From a virus (Duplodnaviria; Caudoviricetes): a stretch of DNA of 64,000 nt. Numbering within the stretch: position 1 is the stretch's first letter; each line of letters starts with the position of its first letter. The position numbers were made by a program, and so were the translations under genes. The notes beneath the pieces were generated by a model. It did not search any database, was not told where the DNA came from, and saw nothing but the letters and a program-made list of their open reading frames with translations. Shown here one piece after another: positions 49,696-58,765 of the stretch. Where the stretch lies: the IMG/VR virus record IMGVR_UViG_3300028591_000150, positions 28,308 to 92,307 of that record, one strand, 5' to 3'.

Positions 49696-51021
49696 TTATT
49701 TGATGATTCCTGCCATCACAAGCCCTATAAGTCCAAGTGGAATGAGCAATCCAGTCTGCCAGACAACAACAAGCGCAACTGACATCGCAGCCGCTAGACC
49801 CGCAGCTTTCATTATTTGATGACTATTATCTTTCTGCACGTTGGGTTCTTCTTGATTACTTTGAATGCTCGAATTATCCGGAATGTTTTTCGTTTCAACG
49901 GCAGCGCCATCAACGACACCGTAAATCTTTGGGGTAACATCATTACTCAGACCAACTTCAACAAGACACCCCGCTGTTACGCCCATTTCTGTCATTTTGT
50001 TCTCTGAGTATAATGATACCTGCTTTACTTCCCTGCCCATAATCATCACGGGCTCTAGATAAGCGACAGGTGTGCGCTTGCCTGTTTTGCCTACACTGAT
50101 CTCAATGCGCAGCACACGAGTAACTGTCTTCTTGGCCGAGAATTTATAGGCAATGTTGCCATTCTGGTGATGCTCTGTGCAGCCAAGAGATGCGGCAATC
50201 TGCTTTTGGTCAATCTTGATGACCACACCATCCGTAGGATAAGGCAGCGATTCCCGAAGCTCGCTATATTCGTCAAGCACCTTGCAGATGCCCTCACCGT
50301 CACACGTCCTGACATCACACAAGAACCCCTGCTGCTGTGCGGCCACGATGCTCGCGCTCTCCGTGCCAAACGGCTGATTGTCGCTATCCATCTGCCAGGC
50401 AATAAACACAAGGTGCTTCATGTCGTCCGATGGTACAACTTGATTGGTCAGTGCAGCAGCAGCCGTGCGGCAGTCCTTATAACCCAACCCTTGCAATTCT
50501 TTCTTAGGACAGACAATCTCTCCGCGTACTTCTACGCGACCTGTCATTTTTATTGCCTTCGGTACTGATGGTATTGCCATCACATGAGCAAACAGATCCT
50601 GGCCTTTATATTTGTCACCGCGTGTGGCAGCTGATACAAGTATGCCGTCCTGATAGACAAGGGAGCAGCTGATGCCGTCGTATTTCCATTCCAGTGCATA
50701 CGTTACGCCAATGCCATTCAAAGCCTTATTGACCTTGCTGAGCCACTTCGTTACTGCATCCATAGTTTGAGCTTTCTGACAGCTCAGCATACGTGTGCGA
50801 TGACGAATTAACCTGCGTCCATTATCTTGGAGGTCGCTACCAACAATCTGCGTCGGACTATCGGCAAGCGTCCATTCTGGATGCTCTGCCTCTGCCTGTT
50901 CAATGTCATTCACCATCGCGTCAAACTGTGAATCGCTTACAGTAGGCTGTGCGAGCACATAATACTCGTAACTAAATCTTTTTGCCCTGTCAACGAGTGC
51001 TATATATTCTTTCTGTGTCAT
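49696..51021 (-). CDS. NAD-dependent DNA ligase-like protein, truncated, with C-terminal membrane anchor
   Basis: Domain Ia YY..P.VSD..FD, KYDG, VRGE, DGVVIK, IAYKF and OB fold; no Zn finger, HhH or BRCT; hydrophobic C-terminus. Confidence 0.85.
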   Translation of the reverse strand: MTQKEYIALVDRAKRFSYEYYVLAQPTVSDSQFDAMVNDIEQAEAEHPEWTLADSPTQIVGSDLQDNGRRLIRHRTRMLSCQKAQTMDAVTKWLSKVNKALNGIGVTYALEWKYDGISCSLVYQDGILVSAATRGDKYKGQDLFAHVMAIPSVPKAIKMTGRVEVRGEIVCPKKELQGLGYKDCRTAAAALTNQVVPSDDMKHLVFIAWQMDSDNQPFGTESASIVAAQQQGFLCDVRTCDGEGICKVLDEYSELRESLPYPTDGVVIKIDQKQIAASLGCTEHHQNGNIAYKFSAKKTVTRVLRIEISVGKTGKRTPVAYLEPVMIMGREVKQVSLYSENKMTEMGVTAGCLVEVGLSNDVTPKIYGVVDGAAVETKNIPDNSSIQSNQEEPNVQKDNSHQIMKAAGLAAAMSVALVVVWQTGLLIPLGLIGLVMAGIIK

Positions 51022-51048
51022 AATATATTATATATTTTAAATTATTGG

Positions 51049-51318
51049 TTATGCAAACAGAAACGCCTCAATGATAATTCCGACACCCATCAGCCAAAGA
51101 ACAGCGTCAGTAGTTGCCGGATGATTTTCTATAAATTGTGCAATGTAGTTGATCATGCGCAGCTGATTGCGATAGATACGTGGCATCGACAATGCTCTGA
51201 AAGCATTTAATACACTTTTTTTTACTGATTGCAATGTTCCATTGATGTTTGCATTCATTGTTTCAATCTTGATTGCAATGTTTGTTGCTTGGTTGTCTGC
51301 TTGAATTGTCGCTTTCAT
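51049..51318 (-). CDS. small membrane protein
   Basis: C-terminal AVLWLMGVGIIIEAFLFA. Confidence 0.55.
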   Translation of the reverse strand: MKATIQADNQATNIAIKIETMNANINGTLQSVKKSVLNAFRALSMPRIYRNQLRMINYIAQFIENHPATTDAVLWLMGVGIIIEAFLFA

Positions 51319-51378
51319 AATTGTAATGTTTATTGGTTTCTTGAAATGTTGTTTTATTGTTTGATTGATTTCTTGGTG

Positions 51379-51410
51379 CAAAATTACAACAAATATATTG
51401 TATCACCAAA
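51379..51410 (-). promoter_or_regulatory. sigmaA-type promoter TTTG-N20-TAATTTTG (ligase-par operon)
   Basis: Full consensus. Confidence 0.7.
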
Positions 51411-51526
51411 CAAATTACGCCAAAAATACAATATATACATTAAATTTAACAATATTTTACAACTACAATGTATGTATTTACAATAATTTACAAAAACAAT
51501 ATATATATTTATAAATTCCCGAAAAG

Positions 51527-51558
51527 TTTGGTAGTTTACAAAGAAAGTGCTAAATTTG
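51527..51558 (+). promoter_or_regulatory. sigmaA-type promoter TTTG-N20-TAAATTTG
   Basis: Full consensus upstream of HTH gene. Confidence 0.7.
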
Positions 51559-51588
51559 CAACCGAAAACTTATCAAGATATATATTGT

Positions 51589-51849
51589 ATGCCAGATATA
51601 AAGAAGAAAATCAAGGAACTCGGTTTTACTTCGCAGCAAATCGCCGAGAAGTTAAACATCAGTCAGCAGGCAGTAAGTCAGGCCATCAACGGCAACCCGA
51701 CCTTATCACGCCTCAATGATATTGCAGGAGCTATTGGTATTACTGTATCGGAACTTGTCAGCGATGAACCTCAGACACAAGAAAACGAAGCCGTCTTCAC
51801 AATTCCAAAAGACGTGAAGAAGGTTACAATAAAAATAGAGCAACAATAA
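51589..51849 (+). CDS. XRE HTH regulator
   Basis: QQIAEKLNISQQAVSQAINGNPTLSRL. Confidence 0.85.
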   Translation: MPDIKKKIKELGFTSQQIAEKLNISQQAVSQAINGNPTLSRLNDIAGAIGITVSELVSDEPQTQENEAVFTIPKDVKKVTIKIEQQ

Positions 51850-52011
51850 GCGAAAACTGCTTTCATTTTGGTGCGGCAAAATGGAACATTTACGAACATA
51901 ATATGTTGTCAAAACATGTTTAGTGTTGATTGATGGCGCTTATGTACCAATTTATCAATCCAATGGTAGGTATATAAAACCAAAGTCTTCCCGTTCTTCG
52001 CACTCAAACAA

Positions 52012-52043
52012 AAGTGCGGCGAGCCTCACGGCCAGCCGCACTT
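52012..52043 (-). terminator. intrinsic terminator
   Basis: AAGTGCGGC..GCCGCACTT stem with GTGA tetraloop and T tract on the minus strand. Confidence 0.6.
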
Positions 52044-52091
52044 CCTCTTGATGAACAAGATTTTAAGAACTCATTCTTTTACTATTCGTGT

Positions 52092-52760
52092 TTAGGGCCA
52101 TTCGCCCAAAGGTCCGTTTGTGTTAGGATTGGGAAAAGCCGGACACCAGTTTGTCACTTCGCCCGTTACAGCATCAACGAAAATAACATCGACAACATTG
52201 CCGATTACCCATTGTGCGTTGCATTTTCTTGGGCCTAGCGGACAGCGTAGCGTCATGCCTTCTGATGGTGGAATAAGTCCGTTGTACTCCTTCAGCCGCT
52301 GCAAAACGTCATCCACATTAAGTTTGATTTCCAGCTCGCCCATATCGCAGTCCTCTATCCAAATGTCCGGTATGGAAGGCGGAATGATTGTGCCCTTCTC
52401 GGCATTTGTCGAGATATACTGGCATTCTGCAGGGTTGAACGTCTGGAAGATGTCAGTCACATCTACGACATTCAGATTGTCAAGCGTTTCGTAGCAGATG
52501 TTTTCATTGAACAACACACGTGTTTCATACCAAGCATACCTTTTCCCTTCGTAGAGGGAGAACATCGTCTGTCGATGCAGCGCCTGGATATGGCTCACGC
52601 CCGCCGTGAAGTCAGGCATTACACCGTCATAGTCGTTACCATTGATTACCATTTGCTCCTGTTGAGCATCCTGCTTATTCTCGGACTTGCAGGAATTACA
52701 GCCCGTGGCCATGATGCTGACTATCGCCAGCAAAAAGCCGAAAAAAAGAAATTTCTTCAT
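52092..52760 (-). CDS. lipoprotein downstream of endolysin
   Basis: Signal peptide, lipobox MATG-C; C-terminal IFVDAVTGEV (PepSY-like). Confidence 0.7.
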   Translation of the reverse strand: MKKFLFFGFLLAIVSIMATGCNSCKSENKQDAQQEQMVINGNDYDGVMPDFTAGVSHIQALHRQTMFSLYEGKRYAWYETRVLFNENICYETLDNLNVVDVTDIFQTFNPAECQYISTNAEKGTIIPPSIPDIWIEDCDMGELEIKLNVDDVLQRLKEYNGLIPPSEGMTLRCPLGPRKCNAQWVIGNVVDVIFVDAVTGEVTNWCPAFPNPNTNGPLGEWP

Positions 52761-52797
52761 GTTGGAAATAATTTAGTTAAACAAATGTGTTTATTTC

Positions 52798-53235
52798 TTA
52801 CCTTTTAAGCAGGTTGTTAATCACCTGCTTTCTGTTCTTGCCGTCAGGACGGAAGCTCACATGAACCCAATAACTGCCTTTCACATTGTGCTCCCAAATA
52901 AGCTGGTCAAAGACACAATGCGCCTTGATCCAGTTGAACCACCGCTTGCCTTTCGCCATGTCGCCGTCAATGCAGAGATCCACAGCCTGCCCAAGCATGT
53001 GCTGCGAGTTGCTCACGCCGCCTACGGCCTTGTTTAGTGCAGAATTTCGGTAGCCTGAGCCAATCTTGATAGGTTCCCCCATCGCATCGCGAAGCGGTTG
53101 CAAAATGTTATTCACAAGTGCGCACAGAGCGCACACCTCTGTAGTACCTGGAACGTTGCGAATGCCCTTTGCCTTCGCCGTTTCACTTGCCAGAAGTTCA
53201 TCCAGCGTGAAATTTTTGGAAATTTGAGTTGCCAT
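52798..53235 (-). CDS. endolysin, peptidase M15 family
   Basis: SGYR..NKAVGG..SQH..GQAVD..WVHVS zinc-peptidase motifs. Confidence 0.88.
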   Translation of the reverse strand: MATQISKNFTLDELLASETAKAKGIRNVPGTTEVCALCALVNNILQPLRDAMGEPIKIGSGYRNSALNKAVGGVSNSQHMLGQAVDLCIDGDMAKGKRWFNWIKAHCVFDQLIWEHNVKGSYWVHVSFRPDGKNRKQVINNLLKR

Positions 53236-53430
53236 AATATAATAAATTAGTTTAGAAAATGTATGAGTGCGCATACAATGGCGATAATTCCGAGGATTGC
53301 GAATACAACAATAAGATATATGATGCAAATGTGTTTAATTTCATTGTCTGTCAGTTTTTTACAATGTTTGGGTTCTAACCAACCATGCGAGTCGTAGTCG
53401 AACAAGTACATATAATATAATTTTTAAAGT

Positions 53431-53748
53431 TCAGTGAGTAATTACTCTGACGCCGTTCACTTCTATTACTAAGTAATCTCTTATTCTTCTTATCTCGCCG
53501 CTGGCGGTAAAGCGCACCATTCGCTGCCTACATTCCAGAAACACCTTCAGGCAGATGGCTTCGCCGCTTATGACTTCTCCTTTGCTAGTGATGGCTCGGA
53601 AGTAGAACGGTTTTTGCCTCCTGTATTTAGCTTTATCAGGCGGATTAAATCCTGTCACTTCGCAGCCAGTACGCGGGTCCTGCCACGTCCATTGCTCCAT
53701 GTAGTTGCGGAGCTGCTGCCACGATATAGTAGGTTGTTGTTTTGGCAT
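53431..53748 (-). CDS. hypothetical protein
   Basis: 105-aa ORF right after late-type promoter. Confidence 0.65.
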   Translation of the reverse strand: MPKQQPTISWQQLRNYMEQWTWQDPRTGCEVTGFNPPDKAKYRRQKPFYFRAITSKGEVISGEAICLKVFLECRQRMVRFTASGEIRRIRDYLVIEVNGVRVITH

Positions 53749-53756
53749 GACATTGG

Positions 53757-53792
53757 CAAAGGTAGGACATTTTCAAATTTTAGGTCGGACAT
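53757..53792 (-). promoter_or_regulatory. putative phage late promoter ATGTCCG-N21-TACCTTTG
   Basis: Third copy; points at lysis genes. Confidence 0.75.
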
Positions 53793-53859
53793 AAAAAGAG
53801 CCTGCGACCTTCACAGGCGGCAGGCTGGCTCGCGGAAAACGGCTCGGCACGGTGGCGTT

Positions 53860-53894
53860 ATGTCCGCTCGTTTATTATATATGCCGTAGTTTTG
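53860..53894 (+). promoter_or_regulatory. putative phage late promoter ATGTCCG-N20-TAGTTTTG
   Basis: Fourth copy; 20 bp upstream of MTase3. Confidence 0.7.
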
Positions 53895-53914
53895 CAGTGT
53901 AAAACAATGGCGAT

Positions 53915-54622
53915 ATGATTTCAGAGGTTTTCAATCAGGACTGCATAGCGTATATGCGCACCTTGCCGGACGGGTTCTTTAATCTGGCTGTGGCAGATCC
54001 GCCGTATGGGTTTGGCGATAGCTATGTGCCTCACGACCCACGCGGACGCTTTGGAGGGCGTTTCGACAAGTACAGAGATACCAGCGTGACCACACCAACG
54101 GAGTGGGACACTGCCCCCGATGCTGCTTTCTTCGCGGAGCTGGCTCGCGTCTCTCAGCATCAAATCATTTGGGGGGCCAACTTCTTTCCAGATATGCCTC
54201 CGTGCAAGTGCTTCCTGACATGGGTCAAGACGAACATCCCCGACGGCTTTTCGATGGCGCAGGCCGAGTATGCTTGGACCAGCCTGACGTGCAATGCCCG
54301 CGTGTGGCAAGGCAGTAGTGCCCGCTCGAAGGATAGCGACCACTTCCACCCGACGGAGAAGCCTGTCGGTCTCTACCGCTGGCTGATGCGGGTCTGGATG
54401 GAGTCGGTGCAGGTCACGCCAGCCGATACTCCAAAGGTATTCGACCCGATGATGGGGAGCCAGTCGTCGCGCATCGCTGCCTACAGCCTTGGACTTGACT
54501 ATTACGGCTGCGAACTGGATACCGAGTATTTTCGACGCGGCTGTCTGCGTTATGAAAAAGAAACCGCCGGACTGATTGCTCAATCCGGCGGTCAAACCAT
54601 ACGTCAATTAAGTTTATTCTGA
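53915..54622 (+). CDS. N6/N4 DNA methyltransferase (MTase3)
   Basis: ADPPYG, HPTEKP, FDPMMGSQSS, GCELD; C-terminal QLSLF; in-frame G6 at 54171-54176. Confidence 0.9.
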   Translation: MISEVFNQDCIAYMRTLPDGFFNLAVADPPYGFGDSYVPHDPRGRFGGRFDKYRDTSVTTPTEWDTAPDAAFFAELARVSQHQIIWGANFFPDMPPCKCFLTWVKTNIPDGFSMAQAEYAWTSLTCNARVWQGSSARSKDSDHFHPTEKPVGLYRWLMRVWMESVQVTPADTPKVFDPMMGSQSSRIAAYSLGLDYYGCELDTEYFRRGCLRYEKETAGLIAQSGGQTIRQLSLF

Positions 54623-54871
54623 TTTCCTTACAATCACCAACCGTTCTCCGTCAGGATATTGCAGCGCAGTCTTGAAGAGCTTCTGACACCTGTGAGGACA
54701 GTTAGCCCAAGTGTGGTGCCACTCGTCCCACATCGTGCAGTGGCACTTTCCGCCCGTTCCGCCTCCAGATGGCAGAAAGCTGGGAGCATCCTTGCCTGGT
54801 ATGAACAGAAACGGACACGTGCCGCACGATGTCGGTTCGTCGTAGAATGTTTTATCGTTGATGTAAAACAT
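54614..54871 (-). CDS. small Cys-rich protein
   Basis: PTSCGTCPF..C..CPHRC. Confidence 0.6.
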   Translation of the reverse strand: MFYINDKTFYDEPTSCGTCPFLFIPGKDAPSFLPSGGGTGGKCHCTMWDEWHHTWANCPHRCQKLFKTALQYPDGERLVIVRKSE

Positions 54872-54906
54872 AAGGAGTCGGTAGTAAATTCTTCACTCTT
54901 CGTTAT

Positions 54907-55770
54907 TCACTGCTTAATCAGTCTGTACGCTGCCACGTTTGCGCAAGCCTGCTGTGCCAGTCGTGCAAGCGCATCCTTGTCGAGCGTTTCGCCCCTGTCT
55001 ATCGCATCTTGTTTCAGAAGTTGATACTCCTCCTTTTCTGCATCTGTCATTGTATGCTTCGGGAAAGGCATGGGCCGGCGGCTTTCATCCACGTGGTCGA
55101 AGCCGATGCCGCGCTGTTCAGGACGCCGGAAGTACTCCTCCGCATCAAAGTCCTCCTGCCAGTCGTCACGCGGCTGCCAGTCGCCCATCCGTGAGCCGCA
55201 GTCGCGCTGCTCCTTCTTCGGCATAGTGGCTCGCACGAAGTACGCCATGCGGTTCAGTGCCGTAGCCGCTGCCGCGTCGATCATGCGGTCGAAAGGCTGT
55301 CGGATAGTCACCCCTGCCGAGTCCTGATGCTCCTGTGCCCAATACTGCTCGCCATCCACGTCCTGCGGTCCCATCGTGCCCAGCAGTTCCAGATAGGCGT
55401 TCAGTCCTGGCACCTTGGCAATCATGCGGGGCTCGTCCAGTTCCTCGTCGTAGTGTTCGCCGCACAGCTCGCGCATCGTCAGCCCCTTCTTTGCCGCCTC
55501 CTGTGCCGTACCGTAGGCGTTCATCCTTCCCGTCAGCCACTGGCAGCGTTCCTGCTCGTTACGTTCGCTGACCTCCACGCGCTTGTCCTGCGTCTTGAAC
55601 ATACGCAGACGTGCCACGAAGTAAGGCGTGCGCAGCTGCACCACGCACAGCCCCAGGTCGCATCGCTGCATATAGTTGGCGTTAGTCACTAAGAACTCTG
55701 AATGTTCGCTCATGCCGTAGCGCACTGAGTGCAGCTTACACGGCTTCTGTAAAAGTTTCAATGTGTGCAT
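54907..55770 (-). CDS. hypothetical protein
   Basis: 287-aa ORF with AT-rich leader. Confidence 0.7.
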   Translation of the reverse strand: MHTLKLLQKPCKLHSVRYGMSEHSEFLVTNANYMQRCDLGLCVVQLRTPYFVARLRMFKTQDKRVEVSERNEQERCQWLTGRMNAYGTAQEAAKKGLTMRELCGEHYDEELDEPRMIAKVPGLNAYLELLGTMGPQDVDGEQYWAQEHQDSAGVTIRQPFDRMIDAAAATALNRMAYFVRATMPKKEQRDCGSRMGDWQPRDDWQEDFDAEEYFRRPEQRGIGFDHVDESRRPMPFPKHTMTDAEKEEYQLLKQDAIDRGETLDKDALARLAQQACANVAAYRLIKQ

Positions 55771-55828
55771 AATCTTGTTTTGTTTTAATTGTGAATAATG
55801 TCGTTTAATTCGTATATAATTCGTTGTT

Positions 55829-56050
55829 TCACTTCAGCAGCGTACCGCAGCACGGGCAGCGTTCGCCGTCACGCTCCTTGATAGCCTCCATCGTCACGCG
55901 GTCTTCCTGCATCGCTTGCAGTGTCAGTCCCTCGTCCATCGCCTTGATCGTCGCCTTGCGCATGTTGTCCGAGTAGTCCTCCTTGTCGTTCCAGTCGTAG
56001 GTCACGGCCTTCTGCTCAGTGCCCACGGGAAAAGTTATCTTCAGTTTCAT
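55829..56050 (-). CDS. hypothetical protein
   Basis: 73 aa, C-terminal CPCCG. Confidence 0.6.
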   Translation of the reverse strand: MKLKITFPVGTEQKAVTYDWNDKEDYSDNMRKATIKAMDEGLTLQAMQEDRVTMEAIKERDGERCPCCGTLLK

Positions 56051-56054
56051 AGTT

Positions 56055-56402
56055 TCACTGATTTTTAGGTTCTTTATAATAAGTAATAACTCTCACACCC
56101 AGTCTTACAAAGTATTTTTGCAAGGTGAGGCATTGCTTGTAGTAGAGGTTCAGCTTTGCTGTCTTGATGTCGGCAAAGAATTTTGGGTCGTTCTTCACGA
56201 TGCGCTTCAGATGCAGCTCGTCGCCAAGGAACCACGCCAGCTGATACTTCTCTTTGTCGCCTTCCTTATACTCGTAGAGTGACACACATAGGCAGTTGCC
56301 CTGATAGATGTTCTCCTTGTAGGTTTGGGTCGTTCCGTCCTTGCGCTTTGTTCGGCAAGTCACCTCGCCCATCTTGTCTTTCCAATTCCATGTAAGTGGC
56401 AT
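56055..56402 (-). CDS. hypothetical protein
   Basis: 115-aa ORF. Confidence 0.65.
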   Translation of the reverse strand: MPLTWNWKDKMGEVTCRTKRKDGTTQTYKENIYQGNCLCVSLYEYKEGDKEKYQLAWFLGDELHLKRIVKNDPKFFADIKTAKLNLYYKQCLTLQKYFVRLGVRVITYYKEPKNQ

Positions 56403-56438
56403 ATTCTTCTAATTTTTAATGTTTGTTATAACGGATAA

Positions 56439-56591
56439 TTATTTTATCTCGGTCACTTCATACTTCTCGATGTCGGGAGCATTCAGCCCGTAGAAGTCTA
56501 TAACCTGCTGTCTGTTCAGGTTTCCATGATGTTCGGAAGTAAGGGGGCGTTTGCACCCCTTCTCCCACATAGTCACTTTCCAGTTTGCCAT
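56439..56591 (-). CDS. hypothetical protein
   Basis: ATG at 56591 with the same leader as the 56886 start. Confidence 0.55.
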   Translation of the reverse strand: MANWKVTMWEKGCKRPLTSEHHGNLNRQQVIDFYGLNAPDIEKYEVTEIK

Positions 56592-56625
56592 AGTCACTAA
56601 TTTTTCACAGGTTCTATAATAAGGG

Positions 56626-56886
56626 TTACTTGCGCCCATTGGGGCACTTGATCTGCACGTCGTAAGGCTCGCCGTCTGGAGTCGTTGGCGCATCCTCCAC
56701 CCAGTGCATACGGATATTCTTCTGCGGGTTGTGTCCGCGCTTCACCGCTTCCTCGAAAGCGGCGCAGCTCTGTTCCCATCCGCTCTTCGTGCTGTCGGCC
56801 TCGAACGTGAATGTCGTCAGTTCGTAGCGGTCGCGCTCGCCGATGCCGCTAACCTTCTTTGGGAATGTCACTTCAATCTTTGCCAT
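56626..56886 (-). CDS. hypothetical protein
   Basis: 86-aa ORF with conserved leader. Confidence 0.6.
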   Translation of the reverse strand: MAKIEVTFPKKVSGIGERDRYELTTFTFEADSTKSGWEQSCAAFEEAVKRGHNPQKNIRMHWVEDAPTTPDGEPYDVQIKCPNGRK

Positions 56887-56935
56887 AGTCACTAATAATT
56901 TATAATAATTTAGAGGTTCTATATAAAGGGGTTAA

Positions 56936-57535
56936 TCACTTCGCAGCATCCAGCGTCTTGCTGATAATCATCTTCGCCTGTGACTCGGTGCGGATAGGCT
57001 TGCCGTCACGCTGAGCCTGCTCCAAAAGCTGCTGCAGCTGCTTGGCCGAGTCTTTGTCCCTTGGCTCGCACACCAGGTTCACGCCAGCCTCCGGCACTTC
57101 AATCGTCAGCCGTCGCCACACCTGCCAGCCCATATCGAGAGCCACACGCAGCGGATCCGTCACGGGTGCCATCACCTGCTCGTCGGTGTCGGCGGGGTTC
57201 GGCACAGGCTGCCACGTCACGAAACGCTCCGTATAGTGCTTGCCCATTATGTCCACAGCATCGTACTTCACCACCACCTTCAGCCCGTCTTCCGCATCGT
57301 CCTCCAGCCATTTCACAGCCGAAATATAGTTGCAGATCACTTCGGGCCACTGCTGCTCCTTCACATACTTGCACAGTTCGCTAATCACATCCTGCTCCGT
57401 ACCCCCGTCCATCGCCTTGATGATAGGGTCGCACATGTCGGGCCAAGTCTCTGCATACTGCATCAGCTCCAGATAAAAGTCGTTGGCCACATACTTCACG
57501 CCGCTTTTGCGGTCAAGAATCAAATCTATAATCAT
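56936..57535 (-). CDS. hypothetical early protein (paralog of 59627-60361)
   Basis: Shared N-terminal domain. Confidence 0.7.
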   Translation of the reverse strand: MIIDLILDRKSGVKYVANDFYLELMQYAETWPDMCDPIIKAMDGGTEQDVISELCKYVKEQQWPEVICNYISAVKWLEDDAEDGLKVVVKYDAVDIMGKHYTERFVTWQPVPNPADTDEQVMAPVTDPLRVALDMGWQVWRRLTIEVPEAGVNLVCEPRDKDSAKQLQQLLEQAQRDGKPIRTESQAKMIISKTLDAAK

Positions 57536-57612
57536 AATCCTAATCTTTTTAATGCCCTATACAGGGCGGTTAAACACTAATTTTTCCGATACGCTATAAT
57601 TGTGTGGGGTGC

Positions 57613-58092
57613 TTACTTCATGCACCCCGTCTGTTCGTCTATTTCAGTCCATACACCGAGCAAGTAGTTGTCGGTGCCCTTCTCATAGTGAGTATATTGG
57701 CAGTAGGTAGTGCCGCGCTCGTCGTCGCCGTCGTCGATAGTCCAGTCGGCGCAGGGCATCAGCGTTATCAGTCTGTCATATACAGGAGCGTTGCGGTTCA
57801 CAATCCCGATGTTTGTGATGTTGGCGTCGAAGTCTTTGGAGTAGATTACCATGCAGTCGTTGCCAACGTGAGCCGTGATAGAGAGAATATACTTTGCAAT
57901 GATACTGATTTCCTCGGCAAAGACTTCTTCGTTCTGATACTCGAAGCCGTCTGGCCTGCGTTGCATTTCGTCGTACTTCACGATGTAAGTTGTTTTCCCT
58001 TCGTCTGTGCCAAAGTCCGTGATTGTTCCTTTTGCGCCCGTTGCGTTGTTCTTCACGCGGTCGCCTATTTGGTAATTATTTTTTCTATTCAT
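57613..58092 (-). CDS. hypothetical protein with N-terminal SH3/KOW-like domain
   Basis: YQIGDRVK..GTI..YIVKYD. Confidence 0.65.
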   Translation of the reverse strand: MNRKNNYQIGDRVKNNATGAKGTITDFGTDEGKTTYIVKYDEMQRRPDGFEYQNEEVFAEEISIIAKYILSITAHVGNDCMVIYSKDFDANITNIGIVNRNAPVYDRLITLMPCADWTIDDGDDERGTTYCQYTHYEKGTDNYLLGVWTEIDEQTGCMK

Positions 58093-58155
58093 AATAATAA
58101 AAGTTGAAAAAGTTGAAATCTCTAATTTTTACGATATGCTATAATTAATATAATG

Positions 58156-58500
58156 TTATGCGGCCTTGCGGTTTTCGCGTTCATAGACTTCATCAACGAT
58201 GTCGCCCGCAGCCAGCCAGACCAGATAAAGCTCCAAGATGTTACGCGGCACTTCGCGCCCTTCGTACTCTTCAAATTGCACACCGTACTCGCGGACAGCC
58301 ACTTCAATCTGCTTGTTGGTCAGTTGGTCAAGCTGCTGGCGCATATAGGGCAGTTGCATCACTCCCTCGCAGTCGTAGTCGCATGGGCCTGGGTGACAAC
58401 ACGCCTTCGCGTCGCCGTACTTCATCATCAATTCAAAACATGGTTCCTTGTCGAAGCTCGTATCAAAATACGCCCACTCCTTTTGATTTTTCCTTGCCAT
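58156..58500 (-). CDS. hypothetical acidic early protein
   Basis: 114 aa; HPGPCD..VWLAAGDI. Confidence 0.65.
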   Translation of the reverse strand: MARKNQKEWAYFDTSFDKEPCFELMMKYGDAKACCHPGPCDYDCEGVMQLPYMRQQLDQLTNKQIEVAVREYGVQFEEYEGREVPRNILELYLVWLAAGDIVDEVYERENRKAA

Positions 58501-58579
58501 AGTCGTAAATGTTTTAATGCTAATTTCTCAGCGGTTCTATAATAATATATAATATAATATATAGTAGATAATATTCGCC

Positions 58580-58765
58580 CTATATAATTGCGTTCTCCCT
58601 AAATTCGCGGGTAAGGCCGTAACGCCTGCCGAGTTTTTCAAAATGTTCTGTAGCGAATGCGAGCCCTTCGTAGGAAATATTGTTCTCATAGAGCCATTCC
58701 TGAAATTCGATTGCTTGCTCACGTGCTGCCTCTTTGCGTGCAGCATAGGTCATTGTCTGTGCCAT
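58580..58765 (-). CDS. conserved small phage protein
   Basis: KEAAREQAIEFQ..GRRYGLTREFRENAII. Confidence 0.7.
   Translation of the reverse strand: MAQTMTYAARKEAAREQAIEFQEWLYENNISYEGLAFATEHFEKLGRRYGLTREFRENAII

Noticed and set aside
1644-54622. Complete restriction-modification systems
   Set aside because: No recognisable endonuclease next to any of the three MTases; treated as orphans.
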